From the NCBI GenBank assembly GCA_963696385.1, contig CAVOKF010000005.1:416001-480000 (forward strand): a stretch of 64,000 nucleotides of DNA, given 5' to 3'. Shown here one piece after another: positions 1-10,993 of this stretch; the stretch's first letter is position 1; each line of letters opens with the position of its first letter. The DNA comes from an uncultured delta proteobacterium (GTDB lineage: Bacteria > Myxococcota_A > Polyangia > Polyangiales > Polyangiaceae). A model generated the notes under the pieces. The model had not been told where the DNA came from, did no database searches, and saw only the letters and a list, made by a program, of their open reading frames with translations. Both the position numbers and the translations under genes were made by a program.

Positions 1-1
1 C

Positions 2-1258
2 GCCGCGGGGGATAACGATAGCGCTCTGCGCAAGTTCAAGGATGCGGCGGACCTGGGGGGGGGCCTCACGGCGAAGTCGTTCGCTGACCAGTTGAAACTC
101 GGGGCGGGCGTATCCGGGCCTTGCCGCCTGGCGGCGTTGTCGCATCCGCGCTTGGGCTACGGAGGAAACGTGGGTCGACCGGCCGTCGCCGCCACGTCGA
201 AGGGCGCCGTCGTGGCGTGGACCGACGACCACGAGCAGGCCGGGCATGAACACGTGTACTCGGTCTTGGTCGACTCCACTGGACGTCCGACCTCGAGCGT
301 GCGCGATTTGACGCCGGAGGCGGAGTACGCGACTCGTCCGGAGCTCCTGTCGGTCGGCGAACGCGTCGTGCTCCTCTTCTGGGACAGGGGCGGTCGTCAG
401 CCCGGTGTCAAGGTGCGTTGGCTAGACGCCGACGGGCGCATCGGCGGAATGAGCATCGCGGTGGGTGCTTCCAAGTCCGGGCTCTACTGGCCGGCGATGG
501 ACCGAGCACCGGACGGCAGCGGCTTCTGGGTGACTTGGCAGGCGAACGCCGACAGGGAAGGCCCCGACCTCTTCTTGCGGCGGTTGGACGCAGATCTACA
601 ACCTCAGGGAACCGAGGTGCGCGCCTCCGACTACGAGCCGTACAAAGGCAAGGCGGTTAAGGTGGACGTCCCGAGCATTGCCGTATCGAGCTCGAACCTA
701 TTTTTGGCCTATACGCTGGAGCGGGATCGGCAGTTCTTGATCGAGCGCATGCGCATCCCACTCGCTGCGCCGGAACTGCTGAGCGGCGGAGTTTCGGAGA
801 AGTCGGCCGCGAAAGCCCAGCACGAACTCGGCGAGACGATGGCCGTCAACGAAGACAAGACGAGCGGCGACTACTCGTCGATCGGGTGCACCAAGGACGC
901 GTGTTTCCTCGTGTGGCACGAGATCGACAAGGGCGGAGCCCAGGCCGCGCTCATTGATCCCGCACGCGGAACGCTGCTGTGGCGAAAGCGTTTCGCGCCG
1001 CGCGGTGCGCATCCCGCCGTCGCGGTCGCACCCGATGGCGAGGCCGAGGTGGTCTTTTACGAGGCGGGTCGCGTACGCATTGCGTCCATTTCGCGCGATG
1101 GCGTTGGCCCGATCAGCACGTTCGCTCGGACCTCCGGAGACCAGCCGCGAGGCTGGATCACCGCCGGCCATGCCCCAGGCGAGTGGTTGGTCTCTTGGCT
1201 CGACATCGAGGGTGGGCACACGGAGCCGTTCTTGGCGCGCCTTGCATGTCGCAATTGA
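2..1258 (+). CDS. Hypothetical protein, 5'-partial; beta-rich C-terminal domain
   Basis: Frame is open from the window edge (AAGDNDSALRKFK...) to TGA at 1256-1258; repeated 'P..A....VxW' beta-strand motifs. Confidence 0.7.
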   Translation, partial: AAGDNDSALRKFKDAADLGGGLTAKSFADQLKLGAGVSGPCRLAALSHPRLGYGGNVGRPAVAATSKGAVVAWTDDHEQAGHEHVYSVLVDSTGRPTSSVRDLTPEAEYATRPELLSVGERVVLLFWDRGGRQPGVKVRWLDADGRIGGMSIAVGASKSGLYWPAMDRAPDGSGFWVTWQANADREGPDLFLRRLDADLQPQGTEVRASDYEPYKGKAVKVDVPSIAVSSSNLFLAYTLERDRQFLIERMRIPLAAPELLSGGVSEKSAAKAQHELGETMAVNEDKTSGDYSSIGCTKDACFLVWHEIDKGGAQAALIDPARGTLLWRKRFAPRGAHPAVAVAPDGEAEVVFYEAGRVRIASISRDGVGPISTFARTSGDQPRGWITAGHAPGEWLVSWLDIEGGHTEPFLARLACRN

Positions 1259-1986
1259 CGGGTGAAGCGAACCGCACGCCGATCTCGCCGCCGGACGCGC
1301 CGCTCCTGGAGCCACTTTGGGTTTCCGTGGACGTTACAATGGGGGTCGCGGCCATCGTATTCACGACCCCGTCGGCTTGGCATACGACCCTCGTGGCCTT
1401 TGCCTTCCTTGCGGCGACGTGGAATCTCGTGTGGCGCCACGACGACGCGTGCGTGCGGCGAGCCGGGCTTGCGCTCGGGGGACTGCTGATCCCCGGGCCA
1501 ATCGATGTGCGCGCGCTTCTCCGGAACGTGTGCCAAGCGCTCGGCTGGGGCATCGGTATGTCGGCCATCGTCGCCGTCCCATTCTTCGTCGCCTGGCGGC
1601 TATGGTGGGGCTCCCGGCTTGCCTTTGCCCTGAACGTGCGCCCCGCGCAGGCTCTCGACGAGAGCCTGGGTCAGCTCCTCATGATTGCTCTCCCCGAAGA
1701 GGTCTTCTACCGGGGTTACCTGCAATCGCGCCTGAACGAAGCCTGGCCGCCTCGCTGGCACGTCCTCGGGGCGGGGGTCGGACCGGGCCTGCTCGTTTGC
1801 GCGACGATCTTTGCGCTCGGGCACATCGCAACCGTGCAGTTGCCGGCGCGGCTCGCCGTTTTTTTTCCCGCGCTGCTCTTTGGGTGGCTTCGAGCGCGGA
1901 CCGGCGGCGTCGGCGCGAGCATCGTGTTTCACGCGTTCTGCAATCTGTACTCGCAAGCCCTCGGCCGCGGCTTCGGCGTCTACTAG
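1246..1986 (+). CDS. CPBP-family (Abi/CAAX) glutamic-type intramembrane protease, myxosortase-like
   Basis: EEVFYRGYLQ, FALGH and HAFCN motifs, several TM helices; ATG 1246 overlaps the end of the upstream gene. Confidence 0.85.
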   Translation: MSQLTGEANRTPISPPDAPLLEPLWVSVDVTMGVAAIVFTTPSAWHTTLVAFAFLAATWNLVWRHDDACVRRAGLALGGLLIPGPIDVRALLRNVCQALGWGIGMSAIVAVPFFVAWRLWWGSRLAFALNVRPAQALDESLGQLLMIALPEEVFYRGYLQSRLNEAWPPRWHVLGAGVGPGLLVCATIFALGHIATVQLPARLAVFFPALLFGWLRARTGGVGASIVFHAFCNLYSQALGRGFGVY

Positions 1987-2035
1987 AGCCGTTGAGTCGG
2001 GAAGAGCTTGCTCACGTACGCAGTCTCGCGGGGCC

Positions 2036-2112
2036 TTGGGGCAAAGCCCCGAGGAAATCATCGAATACACCGCCAACCCGCAACGCAGGCGTACCCCCCG
2101 CAGCGGGCCACC
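2036..2112 (+). repeat. Dispersed intergenic element, copy 1 (GGGGC-RAA-GCCCC hairpin plus conserved tail)
   Basis: Aligns colinearly with the reverse complement of 61527-61604. Confidence 0.75.
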
Positions 2113-2171
2113 GTTCAGCGGGGCGCTGTACGAAGAGGGCCGATCGCCCCGCATGCTATGAAAACGCGCGG

Positions 2172-3027
2172 ATGAGCGCACGTTTCGACCTGCCGGAATT
2201 CGTCATCGATCGCGTCGTGGCCGTCGCGCTCGAGGAGGACCTCGGATTCGGGCGACCTGACGACCGAGGCGTGCGTCGATCCCGACGCGTCGGCGGTGGC
2301 CCACGCCGTCGCGCGCGGTCCACTCGTCGTATGCGGCGGTTCGGTGTTTGCGCGAAGCTTCACGCGGGTCGATCCCTCGCTCGTCGTTGCGGTGCACGTG
2401 GACGACGGGGCCGAAGTCGGCGCGGCCGCGCGAATTTGGACCGTACGCGGTCGCGCGCGTTCGATCCTCATGGCCGAACGCGTGGCGCTCAACCTGGTGC
2501 AGCGCATGTGCGGCGTCGCGACGATGACCCGTGCCTACGTCCAGGCCGTTCCCGTTGGGGCCAAGGCGCGCGTGACCGATACGCGCAAGACCACTCCGGG
2601 CCTCCGCGCTCTGGAAAGGTACGCGGTCCGCGTCGGTGGCGGCCACAACCATCGCGATGACTTGGGCGCAGCCGTTCTCATCAAAGACAACCATCGCGCG
2701 GCCTGCGGAGGAACGCGGCAGGCCATCCAGCGAGCAAGGGCGGCCGCACCGCACACCACGAAAATCGAATGCGAGGTCGACTCCCTCGATCAGCTTGACG
2801 AAGCGGTCGCCGCGGGGGCCGATATTGTTCTGCTCGACAACATGTCGACTCGATCCATCGAAGAAGCTGTCCGGCGGGTCGGCGACCGAGCTCTCGTCGA
2901 GGCTTCTGGGGGCGTGACCCTCTCCCGGGTCCCCGAGGTCGCCAACGCGGGGGTCGACGCGATCTCCGTCGGCGCGTTGACGCATTCGGTGTCGGTGGCG
3001 GACATCGGGCTGGACTTCGAATCGTGA
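2172..3027 (+). pseudogene. nadC: Nicotinate-nucleotide diphosphorylase (carboxylating) NadC with a +1 frameshift at ~2245-2251 (pseudogene or sequence error)
   Basis: MSARFDLPEFVIDRVVAVALEEDLG starts at ATG 2172; GDLTTEAC...DTRKTTPGLR...HNHR...IKDNH...EASGG continues in the +1 frame. Confidence 0.85.
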
Positions 3028-3824
3028 AGGCCATGGCCATGGATTTGGAACGCGCTGCCGCTCTCGTCGCCGAGCGCGGCACGATGCTCGGTCGTCCACT
3101 GGTCTTGTTGCCGACGGCAACGTCGACCAACGACCTAGCCCTCCGGGCTGCCCGAGAGGGAGCGGCCCATGGAGCGACCTGGGTCGCCGAAGCGCAGACG
3201 GCCGGCAGGGGACGGCGCGGTCGTGCCTGGCTCTCCGTGTCGGGCGAGAGCCTCCTCTTTTCGGTCCTCTTGCGTCTTGTTTGCCCGCCGGCGAAGTTGC
3301 CCCCGATCGGATTGCTCTGCGGGCTGGCAGTGCGCGATGCGGTGGCGCGTGCGGCTCCGGGGGTTGCCATCTCGATCAAGTGGCCGAACGACGTGCTGGC
3401 GGCCGGTCGCAAACTGGCGGGCGTGCTCGTCGAGGCCGTGACGGTCGGCCCACGGGTCGAGGCGGTGGTCGTCGGGATCGGTATAAACGTGCATACGCGA
3501 TCATTTCCGGACGACCTGGCGGATAGCGCGACCTCCGTGGGGATCGTCGTCTCGGGTGGCGCGCCGCCCGACCGCGGTATGTTGCTTGCGGACGTGCTCC
3601 AGTCGATCGATCACGATCTGCACGTCGTCGTCGCCCGAGGCCTCGGCGTACTTCGCGAGCGCCTCGCCGCCGCCGACGTCCTGCGCGGCCGTCGGGTTCG
3701 AAGCGATTCGGGCGAGGAGGGGGTCGCCGCCGGAGTCGACGACGAAGGCCGCTTGCTCGTACGAGCCGACGATGGCGTGGTCCAGCGCTGGGCGGCCGGA
3801 GAAGTGAATCTGGTGAAAGGCTAA
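3024..3824 (+). CDS. birA: Biotin--[acetyl-CoA-carboxylase] ligase (no N-terminal HTH)
   Basis: STND, QTAGRGRRGR, KWPNDV, KLAGVL and GIGINV motifs. Confidence 0.95.
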   Translation: MKAMAMDLERAAALVAERGTMLGRPLVLLPTATSTNDLALRAAREGAAHGATWVAEAQTAGRGRRGRAWLSVSGESLLFSVLLRLVCPPAKLPPIGLLCGLAVRDAVARAAPGVAISIKWPNDVLAAGRKLAGVLVEAVTVGPRVEAVVVGIGINVHTRSFPDDLADSATSVGIVVSGGAPPDRGMLLADVLQSIDHDLHVVVARGLGVLRERLAAADVLRGRRVRSDSGEEGVAAGVDDEGRLLVRADDGVVQRWAAGEVNLVKG

Positions 3825-3834
3825 GGAATCGGCC

Positions 3835-4638
3835 ATGGCGTTGCCGGAATCACCACGATGCGCGATCACGGGCGCCGGCAACGGCTTCGGCCGCGCGCTG
3901 GCGCTCGGCTTGGCTCGCCGGGGAGCTCACCTCCTCCTGTCCGACCGAAGCGAGGACGATGCACAACAGACTGCGCGAGCGGCCCTCGCCGCCGGCGCCT
4001 CGACGGCGCGCGCGGTGAAATGCGACGTGACACGATACGAGGATGTCGAGGCGTTCGCCGGCGCTTGGGATCTTGCCGCCGACCTCGTCGTCAACAACGC
4101 CGGCGTGAGCAGCTCGGGTCTCGTCGGTGAGCTATCCATCGACGATTGGCGCTGGACGCTTGAGACGAATCTGCTGGGCGTCATCCATGGCTGCCACGTT
4201 TTCGTACCTCGCCTGCGCAGAGAGGGCTGCGGACACATCCTCAACGTCGCTTCGGCCGCCGCGATCGTCGCCCCTCCACGGATGGCGGCCTACAGCGTCG
4301 CGAAGGCCGGCGTCGTCGCGCTGTCCGAGACCCTCGCCGCCGAGCTGGTCGGTACGCGCATTGGCGTGACCGTGCTCTGTCCGACATTTTTCCGAACGAA
4401 CATCGCGAAAGGCGGACGTTTTACGCACGCAGAGGACCGCGCTCGCGGCGAGCGCCTGGTCGACCGCGGCAAGGATCCCGATTTCGTCGTGCGTGCGGCG
4501 CTCGCGTCGGTCGATCGCGGAGAGCTCTACTGTCTACCGATGGCCGACGGCCGCTGGCTTTGGCGGTTGAAACGCCTGACTCCCGAGCGATTTCCCCTCA
4601 TGGTTGGGAGAATGAGCCGGCGCGTACTGCAGAAGTAG
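3835..4638 (+). CDS. SDR family oxidoreductase
   Basis: TGAGNGFG, NNAG, YSVAK (YxxxK). Confidence 0.92.
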   Translation: MALPESPRCAITGAGNGFGRALALGLARRGAHLLLSDRSEDDAQQTARAALAAGASTARAVKCDVTRYEDVEAFAGAWDLAADLVVNNAGVSSSGLVGELSIDDWRWTLETNLLGVIHGCHVFVPRLRREGCGHILNVASAAAIVAPPRMAAYSVAKAGVVALSETLAAELVGTRIGVTVLCPTFFRTNIAKGGRFTHAEDRARGERLVDRGKDPDFVVRAALASVDRGELYCLPMADGRWLWRLKRLTPERFPLMVGRMSRRVLQK

Positions 4639-4763
4639 CGCACGGAGGCGGACCCAGGTAAGCCCCCAACCCCGTCAAATCGGCTTGGACAAGAGAGCCG
4701 CACAAGGGGCGAAGATCATTAAAGATTCTCGTCGTCGGGGTTCAGGAAGACGAGTCTGATACC

Positions 4764-5033
4764 GTGGCCACAGCCCGTGAAGGGATTCCGAAGACCGCGC
4801 ACCATCGCGAGTCCGCCGCCTTCCGTCGCCTGGCGGTGCAGTTGGGTCATCAGGTGCGCGAGCTGCGACAGAAGCTCGAGTGGACGGTCGAAGAGGCCGC
4901 CGAGCGCTTTGGCATCGAGCCGGCCCACGTCCGCCGCATCGAGGCGGGCCGCACGAACCCCTCCCTCGCCACGCTGGTCAGCATCGCGCATGGGCTCGGA
5001 ACCGATGTCGTGTCGTTGCTGACCCGCCGCTGA
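4764..5033 (+). CDS. XRE-family helix-turn-helix regulator
   Basis: LG..VRELRQ...TVEEAAE......RIEAGRTNPSLATLVSIA pattern. Confidence 0.88.
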   Translation: MATAREGIPKTAHHRESAAFRRLAVQLGHQVRELRQKLEWTVEEAAERFGIEPAHVRRIEAGRTNPSLATLVSIAHGLGTDVVSLLTRR

Positions 5034-5052
5034 GTCGCGCGGCAAAAATCAC

Positions 5053-5436
5053 TCACTCCCCCTCTCGCCCCGTTGCCGCGAGCAGTCTCTTCAGCTCCTT
5101 GACATCGCAAGGTTTGTACAGACAGCGGGCTCCGGTTGCCGCGAGGGGCTTCGCGTACTCGGGCGCGACGCCCCCTGTCGTGAAGACGAAGGTGGCGGCT
5201 ACCCCGGGGTCGATGGCCCGCGTGCGATCGAAGAGCTCAATCCCCGTCATGCCGGGCATCATCACGTCGCAGAGCACGAGATCGAAGCGCTCGCCGCTCG
5301 CGATCCGCCGCAGGGCATCGGCTCCGGAGACGTCGGTGACGACGTCCGCGTCGAACTCGAAGACCCGAGCGAGGGCGCGTGCAACGTCGGGGTGATCGTC
5401 CACGATGAGGAGACGCGGTCTGCGGCGCTCGGCCAT
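5053..5436 (-). CDS. Single-domain response regulator (REC)
   Basis: LLIVDD, DLVLCDVMMP, TTG, KP. Confidence 0.92.
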   Translation of the reverse strand: MAERRRPRLLIVDDHPDVARALARVFEFDADVVTDVSGADALRRIASGERFDLVLCDVMMPGMTGIELFDRTRAIDPGVAATFVFTTGGVAPEYAKPLAATGARCLYKPCDVKELKRLLAATGREGE

Positions 5437-5447
5437 TCGGCTTGGGG

Positions 5448-5463
5448 ATTATAGATCATATAA
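5448..5463 (-). promoter_or_regulatory. Putative -10 box (TATAAT on the minus strand) overlapping the palindrome TTATA-GATCA-TATAA, upstream of the response regulator
   Basis: AT-rich island in GC-rich DNA, 11 nt upstream of the ATG at 5436. Confidence 0.45.
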
Positions 5464-5559
5464 GATCGAGATGAACACGGGCTTTGGCGCGCCGCGGGAG
5501 GCCGATCCGGCACGCAGGCTGGCCCGGGCGCCCTGCCCGATCGGATTTGTCGCGCAGAA

Positions 5560-5606
5560 GTTTCGCGAAACATCCGGTTGTCCTAGCCGGCTCAATTTCG
5601 TATAAG
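5560..5606 (+). promoter_or_regulatory. Putative sigma70 promoter of the act-cox operon with an adjacent palindrome
   Basis: TTGTCC(5578)-N17-TATAAG(5601); perfect palindrome GTTTCGCGAAAC at 5560-5571. Confidence 0.5.
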
Positions 5607-5742
5607 CGCGCGCTGCGGCTTCCACTACCGCTCCGTCGTCGCTCCCGCTTGGCAGGCACCTCGTTCGCGCTCGCATGCGCAGAGGCCCTGGCGCACCGCA
5701 AGTTTCGCCGCGTACCAATGTGCCCGGCGCCCCCGACCCATC

Positions 5743-6384
5743 ATGCAAATCTTTCCTCGCTCCCTGAACAAGCTACCGCTGGTCGTGGGCGCGGCCGCGA
5801 CGTTGGGCCTCGTCGCGGTGACGTTCCTCATTTGGTACTACTTTTCGCCCTGGTTCACCCAGGTAGGCTATTCGCCTCGGCAGCCGGTGCCGTATTCCCA
5901 CCGGCTGCACGTCGGCCAACTCGGGATGGACTGCCGATACTGCCACGTCAACGTCGAGCGGGGGCCTCTCGCGATGGTGCCGCCGACCGAAACCTGCATG
6001 AACTGCCACCAGGTGGTGAAGACCGAGTCTCACGAACTGGATCCCATCCGAAACTCTTGGGAAACAGGCAAGGCTTTGGAGTGGGTGCGAATCCACAAGC
6101 TGCCCGACTACGTCTATTTCGACCACAGCGTGCACGTCACAGCCGGAGTCGGGTGCAGCGAGTGTCACGGCCGGATCGATCAAATGGAACGGGTGCGGAT
6201 GGTCCAGCCTTTGAGCATGGGGTGGTGCATCGAATGCCACCGTGACGTGCGGAAGAATCAGGGCGACAGCGAGCACATTCGGCCGGTCGCGCAGATGACG
6301 AACATGCAATGGAAGCACGACGGCCACGTGGACCCGCCGCGCCAGCTCAATCCGCCGGAGAATTGCATGGGGTGCCATCGATGA
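5743..6384 (+). CDS. actA: Alternative complex III pentaheme cytochrome c subunit ActA
   Basis: N-terminal TM helix, QPVPYSH, five CxxCH motifs, LPDYVYFDHSVH. Confidence 0.95.
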   Translation: MQIFPRSLNKLPLVVGAAATLGLVAVTFLIWYYFSPWFTQVGYSPRQPVPYSHRLHVGQLGMDCRYCHVNVERGPLAMVPPTETCMNCHQVVKTESHELDPIRNSWETGKALEWVRIHKLPDYVYFDHSVHVTAGVGCSECHGRIDQMERVRMVQPLSMGWCIECHRDVRKNQGDSEHIRPVAQMTNMQWKHDGHVDPPRQLNPPENCMGCHR

Positions 6385-9300
6385 GCAAGCGAGCGCCGTA
6401 CCCCTCGCGCGATCCGTGGCCCGGGTCTCCTGCCTATTGGCGAAGCCTCGAAGAGCGCGGTCGCTTGGCGGATCCTGCCCTCAGTGTCGCCGTCGATGGC
6501 GTCGAGTTTGCCAAAGGCCATGTCGACACGCCACCGAGCGATGAAGCGCTGTCCGTTAGCCGGCGCGGTCTGCTCGGCGCGATGGCGGCGACGTTTGCTG
6601 CGGTGGGGGCCGAGGGGTGCCGGCGACCGATCGAAAAGATCGTGCCCTACGCGCAGATGCCGGAAGACGTGGTTCCCGGCGTGCCGTCGCACTATTCGAC
6701 CGTGATCGGTCGCCGTGGCGAGGCGCTGGGTCTCGTGGTCGAATCCCACGAGGGTCGGCCCACGAAAGTCGAAGGGAACGACCTGCATCCTGCCAGCCTG
6801 GGGGCGGCCGACATGATCGCTCAGGCCGCGATCCTCGAACTGTACGACCCCGAGCGTTCGACGACGCCGCGGAGGTCGGGCGTGGCCGCGTCCTGGGCGG
6901 ACTTCGAGCAAGACTTTTTGGGGCGACTCAAGGCCTTCGACAGGGACCAGGGCGCGCGCCTTCGGGTGCTCATGCCGCCAACGTTATCGCCCACCGTGCT
7001 TCGGGTTCGAGCGGCGCTTGCGGAGCGATTCCCCAAGACCCGCGTGCACACGTGGTCCGCCGTCAGCGACAGCAACGTTCGCGAAGGAGCGCGGATCGCG
7101 TTCGGTCAGCCGATGACGCCGCTCTACTCGTTCGACAAGGCGAAGGTCATCGTTTCGCTCGACAGCGACTTTCTTCAGACGGAATCGGGCAATGTCCGGT
7201 CCACGAGGCAATTTGCCGCCGGACGCCGTCTTCGTTCAGCGAAGGACAAAGACGCGACCCGAGACCCGATGACCCGGCTGTACGTCGTCGAGCCGTCGCC
7301 GACCACGACGGGCGCAAACGCGGATCACCGCTTGCGGCTGCGGGCAAGCGACGTGGAACGATATGCGATTGCGCTCGCGGCCGAGCTCGTGAAGCGAGGT
7401 GTTGCGCTCGGGCCGGAACTCGAACCGGTCGTGGCCCGACACGCGACCGCAAATGGGATTCCTCCCAAGTGGCTCTCGGTCTTGGCGAAGGAGCTTGCTT
7501 CGAACCTGCGGACCGCGCTGTTCGTGGTGGGCTCGCGGCAGCCGGCCAGGCTCCACGCGCTCGCGCACGCGCTCAACTCGGCGCTCGGCGCCATCGACTC
7601 AGTGGTCCATTTCGTGCCGGTGACCGATCCGGACGAACTGGACGCGGCGACCGATCTCAAAGCTCTCGTGGGCGCGATCGATGAGGGTCGCGTCGATGCC
7701 CTTGTGATCCTCGGAGGCAATCCGGTCTACGATGCGCCCGCGGATCTCGCGATCGGATCGAGACTTGCGAAAGTTCCGTGGACCGTGCATGCGTCGCTTC
7801 ACGTCGACGAGACGAGTGAGAAGACCACGTGGCACGTTCCCCGGGCGCACGAGTTCGAGTCGTGGGGCGATGCGCGCTCTCTCGACGGCACAGTGAGCAT
7901 CCAGCAGCCGCTCATCGCCCCGCTCTACGCCGGTCGAAGCGACATCGAATTCCTCGCACTTATGGCCGGATCGCCCGATCGGTCCGGCCACGACGCGGTG
8001 CGCACCACCGCCTTTGCCGAAACTCTCGCGGCCCGCTCGGTCACCTGCGGCCCGTTCGTGGACTACAAGGCAGATTGCCACGACGGTTCGGGGAAGTCGC
8101 TCACGCTGGGATCGTGGGCAGTCGACCGGGAATGGAACCGTGCGCTGGCGAACGGCGTGCTCAGCCGACCCAAGCCGCCGCCGCGCGCGGGCGTGCTGCG
8201 ACGCGGCGACGTGGCGGCAGCGCTCGACGCGCACGGATCCCCGCCGCTCTCGGGTCCAGATGCGCTCGAAGTGACGTTTGCTCCCTGCCCGAAGATGGTC
8301 GACGGGCGCTACGCCAACAATACTTGGCTGCAAGAGACGCCGGATCCAATCACGAAAATCGTGTGGGACAACGCCGCAATCGTCTCGCAGGCGACAGCGA
8401 ACGCGCTGGGCGTCGCCAACAAAGACATCGTTCGAATCGAGTCGGGGGAGCGCTCGATTGCGGCTGCTGTTTGGGTGGTCCCCGGACAGGCCGATCGATC
8501 GCTTGCATTGACGCTCGGCTGGGGACGGGCGAGAGCCGGCCGGATCGGCGACGGCCGAGGGTTCGACGCCTTTCCGCTCCGGACGACCGATGCGCTCGGG
8601 TTCGTCGTTGGCGCGAAAGTGTCCAAGACCGGGGACGCGCCCTATCGATTTGCGCAGACCCAGGAGCACGACTCCGCCGAGAACCGCCCCATTGCCCATG
8701 AAGCCACGCTCGCCGAGTACCGGATCAAGGGCAACTTTGCCGAGCTCGATTCACCGCCTCCGCGAGCTTTGCCGCTGTGGTCGCAAGCGGACTACAGCAA
8801 GGGTCACCAATGGGGGATGTCGATTGACTTGAACGCGTGCACGGGCTGCAGCGCGTGCATCGTGGCCTGCATGTCGGAAAACAACGTGCCGGTGGTCGGC
8901 AAAACCGAAGTCTGGCGCGGCCGGGAGATGCATTGGCTACGAATCGACCGCTACTGGGTGGAAGATCCGAAGCACGGAGCGACGGCCGACGATCCGCTCG
9001 TCATCCATGAACCGGTGATGTGCGTGCACTGCGAAGAAGCGCCGTGCGAGAACGTGTGCCCCGTCAACGCCACGACACACGGCCCGGAGGGGCTGAACGA
9101 GATGGCGTACAACCGGTGCATCGGAACGCGCTACTGCGCGAACAACTGCCCTTACAAAGTTCGCCGTTTCAACTATTTGAACTGGCACAACGACTCGGTC
9201 TGGAAGGAGACGGGCGGGCTGCCGGAGACGTTGCAGATGCAGCAGAACCCGAACGTCACGGTGCGCTTCCGCGGTGTCATGGAAAAATGCACCTACTGCG

Positions 9301-9554
9301 TGCAGCGCATCCAATCCGCCAAGATCCGGGCGAAACGCGAGTCGCACGAAGTGCATGACGGCGACATCAAGACCGCCTGCCAGCAGACGTGTCCGGCCGA
9401 GGCGATCGTCTTCGGGGATCTCAATGATCCGAAGAGCCAAGTGACGACCTGGTCGCGGACCGATCGGCGCTTCGGTCTGCTGTCCGAGCTCGGAACGCGC
9501 CCCCGCACGACGTATCTCGGCAAGATCCGCAACCCCAATCCGGAGATGGCCTGA
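6381..9554 (+). CDS. actB: Alternative complex III subunit ActB (Tat signal, molybdopterin-oxidoreductase-like domain plus Fe-S domain)
   Basis: YWRSLEE, SRRGLL Tat motif followed by Cys, [48 protein letters not shown]. Confidence 0.95.
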   Translation: MSKRAPYPSRDPWPGSPAYWRSLEERGRLADPALSVAVDGVEFAKGHVDTPPSDEALSVSRRGLLGAMAATFAAVGAEGCRRPIEKIVPYAQMPEDVVPGVPSHYSTVIGRRGEALGLVVESHEGRPTKVEGNDLHPASLGAADMIAQAAILELYDPERSTTPRRSGVAASWADFEQDFLGRLKAFDRDQGARLRVLMPPTLSPTVLRVRAALAERFPKTRVHTWSAVSDSNVREGARIAFGQPMTPLYSFDKAKVIVSLDSDFLQTESGNVRSTRQFAAGRRLRSAKDKDATRDPMTRLYVVEPSPTTTGANADHRLRLRASDVERYAIALAAELVKRGVALGPELEPVVARHATANGIPPKWLSVLAKELASNLRTALFVVGSRQPARLHALAHALNSALGAIDSVVHFVPVTDPDELDAATDLKALVGAIDEGRVDALVILGGNPVYDAPADLAIGSRLAKVPWTVHASLHVDETSEKTTWHVPRAHEFESWGDARSLDGTVSIQQPLIAPLYAGRSDIEFLALMAGSPDRSGHDAVRTTAFAETLAARSVTCGPFVDYKADCHDGSGKSLTLGSWAVDREWNRALANGVLSRPKPPPRAGVLRRGDVAAALDAHGSPPLSGPDALEVTFAPCPKMVDGRYANNTWLQETPDPITKIVWDNAAIVSQATANALGVANKDIVRIESGERSIAAAVWVVPGQADRSLALTLGWGRARAGRIGDGRGFDAFPLRTTDALGFVVGAKVSKTGDAPYRFAQTQEHDSAENRPIAHEATLAEYRIKGNFAELDSPPPRALPLWSQADYSKGHQWGMSIDLNACTGCSACIVACMSENNVPVVGKTEVWRGREMHWLRIDRYWVEDPKHGATADDPLVIHEPVMCVHCEEAPCENVCPVNATTHGPEGLNEMAYNRCIGTRYCANNCPYKVRRFNYLNWHNDSVWKETGGLPETLQMQQNPNVTVRFRGVMEKCTYCVQRIQSAKIRAKRESHEVHDGDIKTACQQTCPAEAIVFGDLNDPKSQVTTWSRTDRRFGLLSELGTRPRTTYLGKIRNPNPEMA

Positions 9555-10993
9555 TGGCGTACTGGGAGCCGGTAACCGAGCTCGGTGAGGCGGCTTTCGT
9601 CCAGCCGGGCAGCACGCTGCAGGACATTACCAACGACATCGCCCGCGTCAGCGAGACGCGGGCGCCGCGGGGTTGGTGGATCTGCTTTCTGCTGGCTCTA
9701 TCGTTCTCGGGTATCTTTCTATTCTGCGTCGGTTACCTCTTCTGGCGCGGGGTCGGCGTGTGGGGAAACACTGCGCCGGTCTATTGGGCATGGGACATCA
9801 CGAACTTCGTCTGGTGGGTCGGAATCGGCCATGCCGGGACGCTCATTAGCGCAATCCTGTTCATCTTCCGGCAGCGGTGGCGAACAGCGATCAACCGTTT
9901 CGCCGAGGCCATGACCATCTTCGCGGTCATTTGCGCTCTCATTTTCCCGGGCATTCACGTCGGCCGCCCGTGGCTTCTGTACTACGTCTTTCCGCTGCCG
10001 AATCAGATGTCGGTGTGGCCGAACTTCAAGTCCCCGCTCCTCTGGGACGTCTTTGCCGTCGGCACCTACTTCACGGTCTCGCTTCTCTTTTGGTACACCG
10101 GGTTGATTCCCGATCTGGCGACGCTACGCGACCGTTCCATGGATAAGTGGCGTCAGCAGATTTACGGCTTCCTCGCCCTCGGCTGGAGGGGCAGCAATCG
10201 TCATTGGCAGCACTACGAGCGTTGCTACCTCATCCTCGCCGGCATTTCGACGCCGCTTGTGCTGAGCGTCCACAGCGTCGTCTCGATGAACTTCGCGACG
10301 AGCGTCATCCCGGGATGGCACACCACGATATTTCCGCCCTATTTCGTCGCGGGGGCCATATTCAGTGGCTTTGCGATGGTCGAGACCGTGCTTCTCATCG
10401 CCCGCTCGGTGTTCAAGCTGCACCGAGTCGTCTTGATGCGGCACCTCGAGCTGATGAACAAGTTCTTGCTCTTGACCTCGCTCCTCGTCGGGTACTCCTA
10501 TTCGATGGAGTTCTTCATCGCTTGGTACTCCGGCAATCCGAACGAGATCGCTCATTTCTTCGTGAACCGGCCGACCGGTCCCTACTGGTGGGCCTGGGTG
10601 TGGATGATTGGCTGCAACGTCTTCGTGCCGCAGCTGTACTGGTCCAGGAAAATGCGAACGAGCATCCCGGTGATGTTCGTCGTATCCATCCTCATCAACA
10701 TCGGAATGTGGTTTGAGCGTTTCGTGATCATCGTGTCGTCGCTCAATCGCGACTTCTTGCCGAGCGCGTGGGGCTATTACCGGCCGACGATCATCGACGT
10801 CGGCACGTTCGCCGGCACGATTGGCGTGTTTTTCACCTTCTTTCTTTTGTTCATGCGCTGGCTCCCGATGGTCGCGATGGCGGAGGTCAAGGGCACGATG
10901 CCGCAAGCCGATCCGCACCTGGCGTCCCACCGCAAGGTGGACGGCGTCCCGGCATCCGCGCACGGCGAGCTCCTCGCCGAGGGGGCGGAGTGA
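9554..10993 (+). CDS. actC: Alternative complex III NrfD-like membrane subunit ActC
   Basis: [42 protein letters not shown]. Confidence 0.95.
   Translation: MAYWEPVTELGEAAFVQPGSTLQDITNDIARVSETRAPRGWWICFLLALSFSGIFLFCVGYLFWRGVGVWGNTAPVYWAWDITNFVWWVGIGHAGTLISAILFIFRQRWRTAINRFAEAMTIFAVICALIFPGIHVGRPWLLYYVFPLPNQMSVWPNFKSPLLWDVFAVGTYFTVSLLFWYTGLIPDLATLRDRSMDKWRQQIYGFLALGWRGSNRHWQHYERCYLILAGISTPLVLSVHSVVSMNFATSVIPGWHTTIFPPYFVAGAIFSGFAMVETVLLIARSVFKLHRVVLMRHLELMNKFLLLTSLLVGYSYSMEFFIAWYSGNPNEIAHFFVNRPTGPYWWAWVWMIGCNVFVPQLYWSRKMRTSIPVMFVVSILINIGMWFERFVIIVSSLNRDFLPSAWGYYRPTIIDVGTFAGTIGVFFTFFLLFMRWLPMVAMAEVKGTMPQADPHLASHRKVDGVPASAHGELLAEGAE

Noticed and set aside
4640..4760. Nested stems upstream of the XRE gene, with GGGGCGAAG/ATCAT resembling the dispersed element
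   Set aside because: Similarity is too short, and I recognise no riboswitch consensus.
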